Of a stretch of 64,000 nt of DNA, positions 1-13,200 are shown piece by piece. The stretch spans positions 20,092,848-20,156,847 of the forward strand of contig CM120643.1 of the NCBI GenBank assembly GCA_051362555.1. The letters run 5' to 3'. The notes below the pieces were generated by a model. It had not been told where the DNA came from. It ran no database searches and saw nothing but the letters and a program-made list of their open reading frames with translations. The stretch is from Lingula anatina. Taxonomy: Eukaryota; Animalia; Brachiopoda. Position 1 is the stretch's first letter; each line of letters begins with the position of its first letter. Both the position numbers and the translations under genes were made by a program.

Positions 1-1250
1 CGATTCATTCATTCCTGTCACAAAATATCATCTTCAAGTCAACCTGTCACGGTTTGGTGCCATATTTCAATGGGCTCTGCCCATCATGTCATTCAATCAA
101 CAGTTTCCCTTCCGTGCCAAGCCAATAATAAGGATTCTTTGCCCCTAATTATGGGACTGAAATGTATGGGACAAAAATATTTTACCTGTACAATATGCTT
201 TCACATGTGTCACTTAAGAGAGAGCCATGCTTAGGTGTCATTTATTTATACAACTAACAGTATAGCACAGTAAAGAACGCAGACAAGGTACTTGTCTATA
301 CCATCAATCTTAGTGTGTTCTTCTCAGGCTTGTGTCTGTTTTTTTTTCCTTCTTTTTTTTCCACACAGAAATGTAGTCCTAATTTCAGATTAGAAAAATC
401 ATGTACTTTTAATTTACAGCGAGTCTGCCAAAGCACTACTAGTAATCAGACTAGAAATGTTCTAGCATTGACTAGTAAGCAAACTTATGCTGCTTCTGCA
501 CTTTACAACCAGCTAAGTATGACCTAGCTATTTTTTTCTTCCTTTTTGCCTAATTTTTGTCTTTCTTTCCTTCGCTCACTTGGTAATAAGTTAAAACTTT
601 CAGTTTTTCCCTCTTGCAGTTAACTAAAGTGGGAAATGCTAAAATATTCTTTACACTTCCTGTCAGCAGTTCAGGCTGTTTCATCAACAAAGCCATATTA
701 GTAGGTCAGCAGTCGGCATTGCTTTATCATGCAACTTGTTAATGATCTACTTTTAGAACAAAACCATGTGAACAGTCTTTCAAAGTTGCTTACATATGCA
801 TATTCCATCCATATCTTTATATGCTCTGAATGTCAATGATCTCAAAAATTGAATCCGCCCAAATCGAGTATGCTTATCTTACCAAAGAAACAGGTTAAGA
901 TTTATTTGTACTTCAAACTAGACTACATACATATTGATGAAGAAAAAAGATTACAGAATTTTTTTTTTCTCAAGATTAATTTTTATATGCAACCCTGAAT
1001 ATTTCAATCAACATCTCTGATGTGTTCCGTTGCGACTCAATTAAGTTTGCTATTGTGTCTGCCCTGAGTATCAAAACTTCTACTAAGAATCCATGTGCTT
1101 CCAAATTCCAAATATCAGAATTAACAGACTTCATTTACTGCTCCTGTTGTAACAAATACAACTTCTCTCTATTCTCTGGACATTAAATGTCTACTAGCAA
1201 AAAATTTCATTTCTGTTGGTACAAACTTGAACTTAAAATACATGTATCTG

Positions 1251-1252
<2 letters not shown>

Positions 1253-1298
<46 letters not shown>
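1253..1298. repeat. (TG)n microsatellite
   Basis: Run of TG dinucleotides; source of the THTHTH tract in spurious ORF 1169..1393. Confidence 0.95.
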
Positions 1299-1300
<2 letters not shown>

Positions 1301-3153
1301 TGAGTGTGCCCAAACTTTAAAGCACTCTAAAATTAATCCTCCACATCTAATAACAAAATCATTCTGATAAAGGAGATATTGAAACAAGAACACTCCTTCA
1401 GGTCGACAGCTCGGGTCAACTTTCTATCAGTATAGAACAGATAGTACTGAGGCAGACTCAACACTGTTTACACCAACACCAACTAAAAAACATCATGACA
1501 GAAAACAATCTTGTAAAACCTCAAACAGAAATATGTCCATACCCATGAATTGCCCACTGCATACCAATGGGCTATATAGCGAGGGGAAGAGATAAATTTT
1601 AAATGACAGAAAGAATGGAAAGAATGTTTTTTCAAAATTGCAGTGAAACTTAGTCATGTATTGAATGTATAAGAGGTAGCATGTACCCTTCACGAAGTAA
1701 AATATTTTGGTGTAGGATTAAAAATAGATCAATTCAATCAACTCTTAATGCATTTAGATAGCCTTATTTTGAGAAAATGTTTTATCTGTCTTTCAAAAAT
1801 AACGTTATTCAAAAATAGTCTGTGGCATACTTACTCTCCCCCCCCCCCCAACCAATGTTTCAATACAATGCTAACTCCCTTACCTTATTATCAATATTTT
1901 GACACAATTCTATATTGACATAAATTTGTTAATTTACTAAACCAAAACTGAAAACCTAATATGCATCTTGAACCAATGGTTGCTTACAATAAATATAAAT
2001 ATCAATTTCAAAAAAAAAAATCTAAAAGGCAAATTGGGATCACTCCCAAAAAAGAGTACTCAGACAATGAGATAAACCATGAAAAGCAAATACAGGAATA
2101 GGTGAGCAATTACTCTGACCTCCAAGAAACACCTTATCTCCCGCTGATTCTACCTAAAGTTACGTGTAGACAAACAGCAGAGTTTACAGATATAAAGAAG
2201 AGCATTGATTTATCTCCATGCACAGCGATGAGATTAACAGCCCCACCAACTAGTGCTCAATCAATTTAAACCGCAATTTAACAAAGTGGATTCCCTCGAT
2301 AAATGTCAATTTCATAATATCCAGAGCTCAACTCAGATTGGTAAAAGTACTGCAACCTGAAGACGACAGCTTGTTTGTATAGACCATGCTCAAAAGCAAA
2401 ATATATTCATAAAATGCTATTAATGCTAAAGTTTGGATCAAAAAAATTTCACATTATAATTATACATTATGATTTTTCCAGTAAATTCTTTATTTTGATT
2501 TTTGGGCTCTAAATATTGATATATGCTGATTTTTTTTTATAATCTTTACAGCTGCAGGCCCAAAAGCAGGGGTGGTGGATTGAAACAATCTTTTTTCCAG
2601 ATATGCTCCTTTCTGAATCAAAATTTAATCTAGGTTCCAGGCCATTTCTTAAGTTTGGTCCAATAAGGGGACTGATAAGTTCACTTCTTCAGAAAAAGAA
2701 CCCCACCCCCTCGTTTTGAAATTTCTGCCTACATGAAAGTTAAGACATCACTACAGTTAGCCAAAATCCTCACCATTTTCAACTGTAAGCTTAAGAGGGA
2801 CAGATTTAGCAAAAGCAATATACAAAATCACTTAATAGTAATTTTTATATCCAGCCCTTACAAGATTGTTTGTGTCTGTGTGTGTGTGTGTGTGTACGAG
2901 CAGGCGCTTCCTTACTCAACATGAAACATTCTTTAAAAATTTGTACAATTTGCTCTGCACTTAGAGAAAAATGCCCTATTAATGAATCAACCTAGAGCAT
3001 ATACCAGAGCTTGACAGTTGGCTCTTTTTATCGATATTCAAAAACTGTTTAAACCTTATAATTCTCTCATCAGTCCTCATTCTGGAAAAGAGATTAACCT
3101 TAGGCATCCATAATAGTGATCTACAGCTAGTGGCATTTATCTAAATTAATCCA

Positions 3154-3184
<31 letters not shown>

Positions 3185-4791
3185 AAGGAGAGTACAGTAC
3201 ACTGCATATTGATTTTATTCCACTAAATCCCACTACAGGTGTTTGCACAACCCATAGTGAAAGCAAGTAGTGCACAAATCAATCCTCATTGATGACCAAG
3301 TGCAGCACAGATTGTAGCAAGTGGTCCTGCCAACTGGACTACATACTAATGCATGTAACTCACACTGAAAATAGTCTTATTGATAATATCACTAGTGAAA
3401 ACTGAAAGAAATACTATGAAGTACTAACACATTTCTCTCAGATGAATGACTATGATAAATTACTTTCAAATTAAAAGAAAAATGGCAATTTGCACATGGC
3501 TGGAAAGTTTGTGGTTTTAAATGTTTATAAATATCTTCAGAAGTTTTAATGTACATGCACCTCAACAAAAAAATCAGGTTTCCTTATCAACAAATTATAT
3601 TATATTTTGGCTAAATCACGATTCTGCAGCAAAAATAAAGCATGCAATTTTCTCTATCTCACCTAATGTATGTCCTAGTAACACCAATCAATAAATCAAA
3701 GTCTAGACGATTCTTAATACTGCAATAACTCCAGGTAATAGGATACCTTCTTCCCATAAGCAGGAGCTGGGAGGGTCAAGAGAACTGCTTTTTTTTTCTG
3801 GAAAAGGCCTGCCACAGATTAAAAAGGTCCTCCTTTTTTGAAAATAAACCATTGTCAAAATTGCTGTCTGTATGCTTTGACTATAAACATATATTTGAAC
3901 CAAAGTCTGACAGAAAGACCAAGAAAATGGGTTTAATTAAATCATCCTAGCAAGGCCACCCAAACACCTCCCAGTCAAGGCCACTCCTGCTGCATTCTTT
4001 ATTTTTTACAATATTTCAGTCTAGGGTGGTGTTAGCAATTTTTTTTTTTTTTTTTTTTTTTTTTTAGCCAAATTGCTGCTTTTTCATCACTTTAATTATT
4101 TCTCCAAATGGTTCAAAGTTGACTAAAATAAGTCAAATCAGCCCTATTCCGTTTAGCCAATTAAGCCAGTTTTGGCATTTGGCTAAATTGGCGAGTGTTA
4201 ATATGCACAAGCATTTGTGAGAAGGCTTGGTTTAACAGTACAGGTACATTCTCTTTAATTTGCAGGAGGGCCAGCCTGCACAAAGGCCACAGTGCTCAAA
4301 TGATTTCCCCCTAACTACTCATCAAATTGTTTAAATTAGCTTGTGCAGAAATCAATACCATCACCTATAATTCTTCATAAAAGGTTGCCTATGAGGAAAC
4401 ATTATACAGAATTTTAATGGGATTATTTCACGCTTTATTTATTTGTCTAATTCATCAAATTCAGATTAGGGTAGTTTGCAGAGCCATCGGCCTGCTTAAA
4501 CTATAATCTAGTGGGTGGAATGACAGGAGATCCCACAGCGGTTAAATAAGTAGCAATCTAGATAAACCAAGATCCTGTTGCTCTCAAATCGACTACATCC
4601 TATGACCTTTGGAAATGGCTATATTCTTTTGAGGCCAAATAGCACAAAATTTTGGTAGCTGACACGAAGCGTGTGCGTACAGTCTACGACAGTCGCCGCA
4701 CAGGGGTTGAACTTGTTTCATCGAGTCGAGGTGTCGTCGATATCTCGATAAGAAACTGTCCTTCTTGTTAACATTTAGCGACTCTACTCAC

Positions 4792-4980
4792 CCGAATATC
4801 CTGCTCAGCGACGAATGCTTTGCTGTAAATCAATTTGGGCAGTTAGTTAAAGGTGACACACCGTCCTCGGAACTTTCAGCAACTTGTTTTCGAACAACTC
4901 GTCCAACTCCTTACTTGTTCATTTCTAACCACAAGGTGGCACTGTACATAGTCTCGTGTTTTCTCGCACTTGACAGTTGA
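4792..4980 (-). other. Probable non-coding first exon / CpG-rich promoter of a minus-strand gene extending left out of the window
   Basis: Local CpG enrichment at about 4660-5000 in a CpG-poor background. Minus-strand donor TTCGG|GTGAGT, with GT at 4791-4790. No coding exon was recognised in 1-4790, and the 5' boundary is approximate. Confidence 0.35.
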
Positions 4981-5536
4981 CAGGTGAGCAATCTGCATGT
5001 GTGACACATTTCAGCGCAACTACTGCAATTTTGATTATTACATTTGGGTTGTTACTTGGAGCACAGCAACATCAATTAAAGGCTCTCCGGAAACTTAACC
5101 TTCCAACTTTTTCTGAATTATTTTTAAAACATAACCATAGATTTGGTGATGACAATATGGTCCATATGTTTAAAAATGAAACGCAGAACAAATGAGAATT
5201 GAACCAGTTAAACTGGCACTAGACTTGCATTCTCAATCGAATAGTTTTTAACGGTCTCTTTTTTTAGAATAGGAAGTTGTTTAGATCTAAATTATTTAGC
5301 TTTCATTTTTAAGTTCTAATTTATTAGTGAAGAACATTTACGGGTTCAAATAATCAGGGTTTCAATTAAAATAAGAGAAAAATTTAAAATTGGTATTTTA
5401 ATTATCTGTTAGGACCCCCTCCCCCTAAAAAAGCCTATTTTTAATAAAACCCAGATTATTAAGTCCTAAATAAGTCTACCTCAAATTCTTACAAGCGCAA
5501 TAAATCATAACGTCACGTTAGGTTATAACAAAACTA

Positions 5537-5544
5537 TGACGTCA
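5537..5544. promoter_or_regulatory. Perfect CRE palindrome TGACGTCA
   Basis: ATGACGTCAT about 40 bp upstream of the ATG at 5584, with a half site (ACGTCA) near 5510. Confidence 0.5.
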
Positions 5545-5583
5545 TAAATGGTTCACTAACGACGGTAGCGATCTTGGACTAGG

Positions 5584-8500
5584 ATGGCGCTGAGTTGGCA
5601 GCAAAACAATGGCCCTGCCTGCGGAGCGATGTACGAAACATGCAGCTCCTTCCTGCCCCCGATCAAACGACACCAGTTGACATCGTTTGATACTGAAGAA
5701 GAACCAAAGGTTCCCTCAAGATCGTTCCCACTAGATCCAGTGGGGCCACACAGACTCCTTGAACTCGATAGGCCTCCTGCACTGGGCCTTGGGACATACG
5801 ACTTGGAAACAGACATGTAAGAGGGAAAAATATTTATTCAGATTTATTAAGGGGCAACTTTATTTGTAATAAAATTAATCGTTTTTGCCGTTTTGTAATC
5901 AGGGCTTAGATTGCCGGTGAGTTGATGCCAGGAAAACACAACAATCCGCTGTAAACAATAAATCGTTATCAGTTGCAGTAAAAAAGGACAATAATAAAAA
6001 AAGAAAAAATTAAAATAAAATGATACGAAACATAGTATGGAAACTTGTATTGTTGAAAAATAATAAATATCAGTTGGGTAAAATTCAATCCCCCCCCCCC
6101 CCTCCCATAAAATAAATTAAAGAAAACCCTTGGAAACGCATTTTGGTTGTTCTTAATAAATGAGTGGAATGTAAGCTTGCAATTGAGCATTAAGACACAA
6201 ATTACGAAAACAAAAATAAAATCCATGTTCACAGAAACCAATAAATCTTCCACTTTGCCTTTCGATGAGTTCGTTTTCTTTTTTAAATTCAGCAACAGGG
6301 AAATTGCATTCATTTCGCTTTATAGAGAACAGAAAACAAGGAGATCATCATTATGCCTAGAACCCAGTCCCGTCTTTGTGCTTAACATACTTTGTGTACC
6401 ATATTTTTATTATTTTTACAGATCATTCCTTTTTGTTTTTGTTTTTTTTTTCAAACTCTGAATTTCTCATCTGAAAGATTGTCTAATGAGGAAGGGGAAG
6501 TATGTCAAGAATATCAAGTATCTATAAGGCTACGTTGTATTCGTATGAGAACTCTAAATGCATGCTGTAGGCCTATATGTGTTATGACAAGCCGAGTGAA
6601 TTTTTGCTGGAGAGGATTAAAATTTCTGAACACGGTAGTTGAAAGAAGAGTCCATTTATATTATTTGTTACAGATCACAGACCTATTTTTCATACATATT
6701 GAATATATTGTGCGTCTGTTTTCCAGAAATTCAAACGATTCAATCGTGAGTGCCCTGCCGCCGAAAGAGCTTACAAACAGTCTTCACGAGAAGCGGGACA
6801 AAAAGCGTGTGCGAAAAGGGAGTTCCCGAGCTCCTTCCTGCCGTCGTCCTCACAGCAGACAAAAGAGGCCGCCACCAGTCAAGGTAACACCCAAAGTGAT
6901 TGACGCTTTGATCCACGCCAAAAGATGGACCACGGATTCAAAAGAAGCTGCCAAAGAAGTGGCTACCATGCCTGTGAAAGTAAGTGTTTTCCTTTCGGCT
7001 TTTTTTTATTAATTTTTCAGTGTTAATAGGGCATAGTTTATTTTAGGACATACTACGGAGTACATCCTATTATTTTCAAAATTCAGTTTGTAGGCTACTA
7101 AAAAGACAGAAGATAAATATCGAATTCTGTTGATATGATAAAAATCAATAAATCTGGCAGGCCCCCTATAGCATAATGTGCACAGCACACAAAGATTGGC
7201 AATATAGATGTTAGAAAATTAAAAGTGGGGATTTATTGTGACGAAGTTCTCTATTAGAGCCGAATCTGATCGCATTTCGATGTTTTCCAAATGCCTGATG
7301 CCTGATGCGTTTCACGCTTACAGAATTCATTCAAGCCACTTAATCCAAACGGAATCTTAGATGAATTTTATAATTTCGTTTACCGCAAACAAAATTCATT
7401 CTTTCTCTCTTCTCTCGCTAACCACTATGAGCCGTTGTGCCTAACCCCGAATTTGTTTTAAACATAATCATATAATGTTAATTAATCTAAATTTCGTTTT
7501 ATTTCATACATTTGCATATTGCCTCCCATGCCTTAAAACAATGGTTATGACTCTTTGTTCATAAGTCTTGATTAACTATATAATATTTATGTATTGCGCT
7601 GAAATCAAATAAGAAGAAATATGCAATAGCGAAACAGGCACAGGGGAAAATATTATTTTAATTTTTCAGACCGACTTTCCTATGACATCAGTGTTCGACA
7701 ATGCCGACGTGGTGAAATACCGCCCACAGCGCTATGAGAGGAAAGCGTACAGCTTTCAACGGGTGTCTCTGGCTTGGGACCGGGTCCAGCTCCGACCTCC
7801 CCTGGGTCAGACCCGGGTGGAACCCACCGTACCCACAGGGGAAAAGGTCTCCTTTAAACGGTATGCATATTGCTCTGATCTCTCGAAACCGACAGAAGCT
7901 CGTAAAAAAATTGTACGCCACCGAATGTAAAACAATATTAGTTAAAAATTTTTCGTGGACCTTAGCCATGTTATGTGCTAACAGTTTATACCACTGCCGT
8001 AAGCCGGGCGACGGTGGAGTGCGTATGTTCGCTGAAGGAAAATAACCGACATTTCTTGAAAACTGCGGGTGATTTAAAGTGATCTTAAATAGCCATATTT
8101 GAATTTTCATCATGTGTATTGTTTCTTTTATTGCCAAGATATGTCATATCATAATGACCTCTATCTAAGATTTCAATATTAATACCCTACCTCCCATTTT
8201 AACTGATTTATTTGATTTTCATTTCTATTCAATATATAACTTTTAATATATCACTGACGTATTTTTATAGGACCGGCAGTGCACAGCAGCGAATCATAAA
8301 CAAAATAGAAGAGCTGATGCGATCCGAAAAACTTGCATCAACGTAGTATGTGCAGTGCCTTCTAACTAAATGAAAACTGCCCGTTTCTCAGTGACGGTAG
8401 ACTTTAAAAAATAAATAAATAAAATCGATCCTATTGTTGGTATCTGCCAGTTATAGTGTAAGTTAAATCTCTATATCACAAATTCACCTTCTTTACAGAG

Positions 8501-8712
8501 GGAACATGGGAGCTTTTTTATACAGTAGTCTTACGGCGATGAAGTTACTTAAATTTGATGGATTCTAATTAATTAAGCGTTAATGTGTTTCCATTGTTTC
8601 AGCGTTCGTCAGTGCCCTGGTTACGCTGGGTACGTGCCACGTGAACCTATTGAAGCCCCTCTTGAAGCACCAAGCTTGTTACCTTCCATGATGACAACAG
8701 CCAGAACGAGCT

Positions 8713-8769
<57 letters not shown>

Positions 8770-8836
8770 GAAAGTTAATTAAATTGAGTTATTTTGATTA
8801 TGTTGTACTTATTACAAATCTCTCCCACACTTACTG

Positions 8837-8867
<31 letters not shown>

Positions 8868-9137
8868 AGCAGGAGGACAGATGAATGGCGACATTTATCA
8901 ATATTCCATATATTGTTTATCTCTGATCAACGCAAAGCACATTTTGTCTAAAATTCCTCTCTGCTTCATTCCAGGCTTTTCCCCAAGGACACCTACAAGA
9001 TGCCACAAAACCCACACATGGGACCTTTATCCAAGACGGTGACTCTTACCTACCCACACAACCCATTCAATAAAGTGGAAAGACGCACGCGACACCTGAA
9101 ACCTTTTATTGGAGATAGTGCCACCTGGCGAAACTAA
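5584..9137 (+). CDS. SPATA48/SPMIP7-like protein (putative sperm/ciliary microtubule inner protein), 6 exons
   Basis: Exons 5584-5816, 6727-6979, 7670-7860, 8271-8345, 8603-8716, 8975-9137 join in frame with GT-AG introns. C-terminal motifs CPGYAGYVP and HMGPLSKTVTLTYPHNPFNK resemble the SPATA48 family from recall. The gene model is more certain than the name. Confidence 0.6.
8718..8768. repeat. (CT)n microsatellite starting at a splice donor
   Basis: The CT run begins directly at the intron donor AG|GTCTCT; a second CT run lies at about 8843-8867. Confidence 0.9.
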
Positions 9138-10295
9138 GTCTGTAATTCTTCTGAAAGTACTTTAAACCATGTACTTTTGTACTTGGGCTCGTAAATGAAG
9201 AAGATAAAGCAATGCTCTTTGTTATATGCAATCAATGACCTGTAAAAACTGTATAAGTATACAAACTTCGATTTTTTGTTTGTTTACATGCAGTAGGCAC
9301 TATAATTGACTTAAATGAAATCATTAAGAAACGCAGTCTCGCGTTAATTCCAATAAGATATCATTTTAGTTTAGAGTATGATAGATTCTATCTAATGGTA
9401 TTCAATTACCTGTACCAAATGCAAGGTTATAACATTTCTGAAATTTTAAGAAGCACATCTTAATATGAATGGCATAATGTAAAATAAAATAACTTCAGAA
9501 ATGTTTCGTCTCCGAAGATTGTTGAAGATCCTGTTAATGGTTTTTACGGTATGACAGGTTTTAATTCAATATAAGGTATTCGAACGATATTGAATTTGGC
9601 GAATAGGAGGGCGAAAATAAATATAATCATTATGATAGTTTAATTCATTTTGCGTTTCTTCAATGTCTTGAAAAGATCAGTTTAAGGGGGTTATTAAGTT
9701 TATTAATATGAAGACAAGTGTTTTATATAAAAAATTGGGAAATATTATGTCATTTCATTTTGTGGGAATAACGATTTGAAACAAACTGACAACCACCGTT
9801 GGAGAACACCGAGCATAAATCAAAGACATTATATACGCGTTTGAAAATGTTCATAAGTCACATCCTTTTTATTTCTAGAGACTATAAAATAGGCCTAAGG
9901 CAAGCTTGTGAAACAGAATCGAGGAAAATAAACGATAAAATACAAATAAAATAGTCTCTATGGGTAAATGGTGACTTAATGACATTCTTTTAAAACACCT
10001 GAAGGATTTTGATCTTATTTTTACCCGGTTCATTAACCAATCAAGGAGGTGGCAGGTGACCGTCGAGCGTAGTTGTGAAAGAAAATTACGGTAAAGTTAA
10101 TCAGTAAGATTTCTATTTGATGTAGATACCTGTTGTTAGATACCTGTGAGCATTATTGTTAGATGCGCAACTGCCACAAGGAGATTATGTGTCTCCACAG
10201 AAGAGAGGTCTCAGTCCAAATAGTCGACAGCGGCTTATCTTGACTGACGGAGTTCTTGTGCTGCTGGAGATTTACTCTGAACGATAAACAGAAAA

Positions 10296-13200
10296 ATGTT
10301 CCGGCGAAAACTTCGACTGCTTCAAAGTATTTGGACATTCTGTCGACGTAATCAACAATCAAGACAGCAAATTAGAAAAATATTTACGAAGCAGGTAAGC
10401 AATAATTCTTATTGCTACTTGTTTGGTTAACAATTGGCTTTATGGGTTAACTTGGATGCACCATCTCGTCATTAAAGTTTCGGTGACACTGACACCTTGC
10501 GTTGAATGGAATTGACACTTTTATCAGTTAAGGCCTATCAGGGTTCACGCACTGCTTTTTGTTATCAAATAATGCTAGGGACTTTGGAGTACAGGTTAAC
10601 GTATCTGGCTGTGAATAAACCGGTTGAAGTTTTAAGTTATCTCATTTAGATCGATGTATTTTTCTCAAGAAATCAATTTAAACAGGGGGGCAAAAGTTGC
10701 TTAAGTTGATTTTCAAGTTCTAAATTATGTCCCAAATGCTTAAGATTTGTCACACAATACTTTTAGGAGGTGGGCATGAAGAACAATTTTGGTTATAGGA
10801 TTTTTCCAAGTACTTTTTTTAATCACCAGCATTTTGGGATTTTTCCAAGCAGAATAATCACTGTTTAAATAGTTTTCAGTTTAAAAGTTTGTTCTTAATT
10901 TCTATGTCTGTGTCTAGTCTCTAGCTTTTTGGGATTTTTCCAGGTAGAATAATCACTTATAAAAAGTTTTCAGTTTAAAAGTTTGTTCTTAATTTCTTTT
11001 TCGCTGTTCCCTACATCATCAAAACATTAACCCAGTAATAGTGCAAGCTGTCCTCAGTTCTCTTTGCATTAAATGAAAAGCAGGGTGTATAATAAAAATG
11101 GATAAAATCTTGTGGAAGTTGTGGGACACATTTCATGGCTGTTTGCAAAAACCAACAACTAGTGCCACTTTCAGCTTTTTAAAATTATAATTTGCTTAAT
11201 CCCATATGATGAACTGTAACATTTTCCTGAGGGATTATCTGTGTTGGCCCACCCTGTATACATGTAGATATCTTTATATTTTTAAGCAGATGTCAAATTT
11301 GTGACATCTTTAAAATTCAGAATGGCTTATGTTGGGAATGGATTATGATTAAGCAAAAAATGGTGTTCCAGGAGGGTTAAACAGCAGTAAAAAAATTATG
11401 TTAAATTTATACATTGCTTTAAGTGAATGGAAAGTGTTAATTTTTTATTATGTAAATTTTACTGAGAATCAGTACCACATATACAAGCATTCAACTCTTT
11501 CAAGGCATTCCTAGTTTTCATGAATACCTACCTTTCTCGGTATCAACATTCAGACTATTGTAATATGACAGATGTCTACACAAGATATCTTCATTTAATA
11601 TTATCTGTGAGATATATATAATCTTTAATATTTTTCCTAGTTTCTGCCATCTGCATCAAGATGGCTGCTTTTACCTGGGGCTGTGGTTAGCATGAGAGGG
11701 TTTACATTTGGAATGAGGCCATCAGAGAAAGAACCTGAAGGTAAGCTTATTATAAGTTACATTCATGAAAGATGGGTTCTCAATTTTATAAAAATATTTA
11801 TAATAAGACTGATGTAATATTCAATTGTGTCAAATCATTAAATGTCACAAGGTAATAGCAAACATTTAAGAATGTATTCAAAAGAAAAGTGTTCTTGATA
11901 TTGTGATTCTTTTTCTTTGTGAACATGTTTAGTAATCTTTTGAATTTTTGTATTAGCTTTAGTATTAGTGGTTGAGACTACTAGTAATGAATTTCACTTT
12001 AAAATAAAATCAGAAACAGAGAACTCTAAAAGAGGTTCATTTATATCTGATAATTTTCTCAACGTTTATGAATAGAATATATAATATGTTAGTGACGTTA
12101 TGGAATGGAGATTTGTTAAAATTTAAGTAAGTTTAATTTTTGCTTAATAATCGTCTAATAATACATGAGAAAAGAAAGTGCCAAAATTGTCAATGAAGCA
12201 CTTTCCAATATTGGCTCATTGGTCAGTGCTTCATTTCCGCTCTGTGATCTGTTTTTCTCCTCCACACTGAAAAAATCTGACAGTCTTTAAGACCACGTTT
12301 GTATGATTCAGCCACATCTGCCTCCAAAAGCCCTGAAGAGAAGATAATTGAACAGGCTGATGAGTTATTCGATAAATCTGACACTCTGGCATTATACGAC
12401 TACCTAATCCAATACAAAGACAGCTCGAATGATGAGCTCTTATGGAGACTGGCACGAGCAGCCACAGACAAAGGAAAATTACTGAAGGATCCTGCTAAGA
12501 AGGATTATTACTATGAAGCTTTTAAATATGCCAAAATGGCACTGGAGAAAAATCCGAACAATTTTGCCTGTCATAAGGTAAGATGAAAAGGAATTATTTT
12601 ATAATCTGGTGTAAGTCACTATAATCTGTAGGAGGCACTGTGTAGGTAAACCAGTGGGTTTTTCATATTCCGTGTTATACTTATGGATGCTAGGACACTA
12701 GTATGTGCATATGTGCATCTTGTCTTGACTAAGAATAAATTGTCACTGCCTGCCATCAAACTTGTACTGTTATATGAATTTTTTTATTCTTTTGAGGTTA
12801 TATTTATGTCTTTACAACATTTGTATCCATGGACAAAAATAATTGATTTACCTTTTTAAAAGTTAATATATGCATGAAGAACATGTAACCCCAGGTTTTA
12901 TCATTATTTTAGCAATTTGGAATACTGGAATTAGTTCTTCATTTAAGTGTTTATATGCTTCCTATATATAGATGTTAGATTTTCCCCATTTGAGCTGCTC
13001 ATTTGAATTGAAACGGAAAGGAATATTTGTATATGACCATGGCCAAAAATTCCCATTAGGTTTAACTTACACCAGAAATAAGCTAATTGATATCACCAAA
13101 CATCCATATTGCTTAAACAAGTACTAATAGTTTCTCATTTTGTAAATACAACCCATGTGTATTGTAACAGTTTAAAAATTTAAATCCCTTCAACAAGATG

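Noticed and set aside
1-4700. Short ORFs of 60-74 aa in the first 4.7 kb
   Set aside because: No recognisable motifs, often driven by microsatellites, and no consistent exon chain; probably intronic or intergenic.
6392-7012. 206-aa ORF as a standalone gene
   Set aside because: Only 6727-6979 is exon; the rest is open intron sequence.
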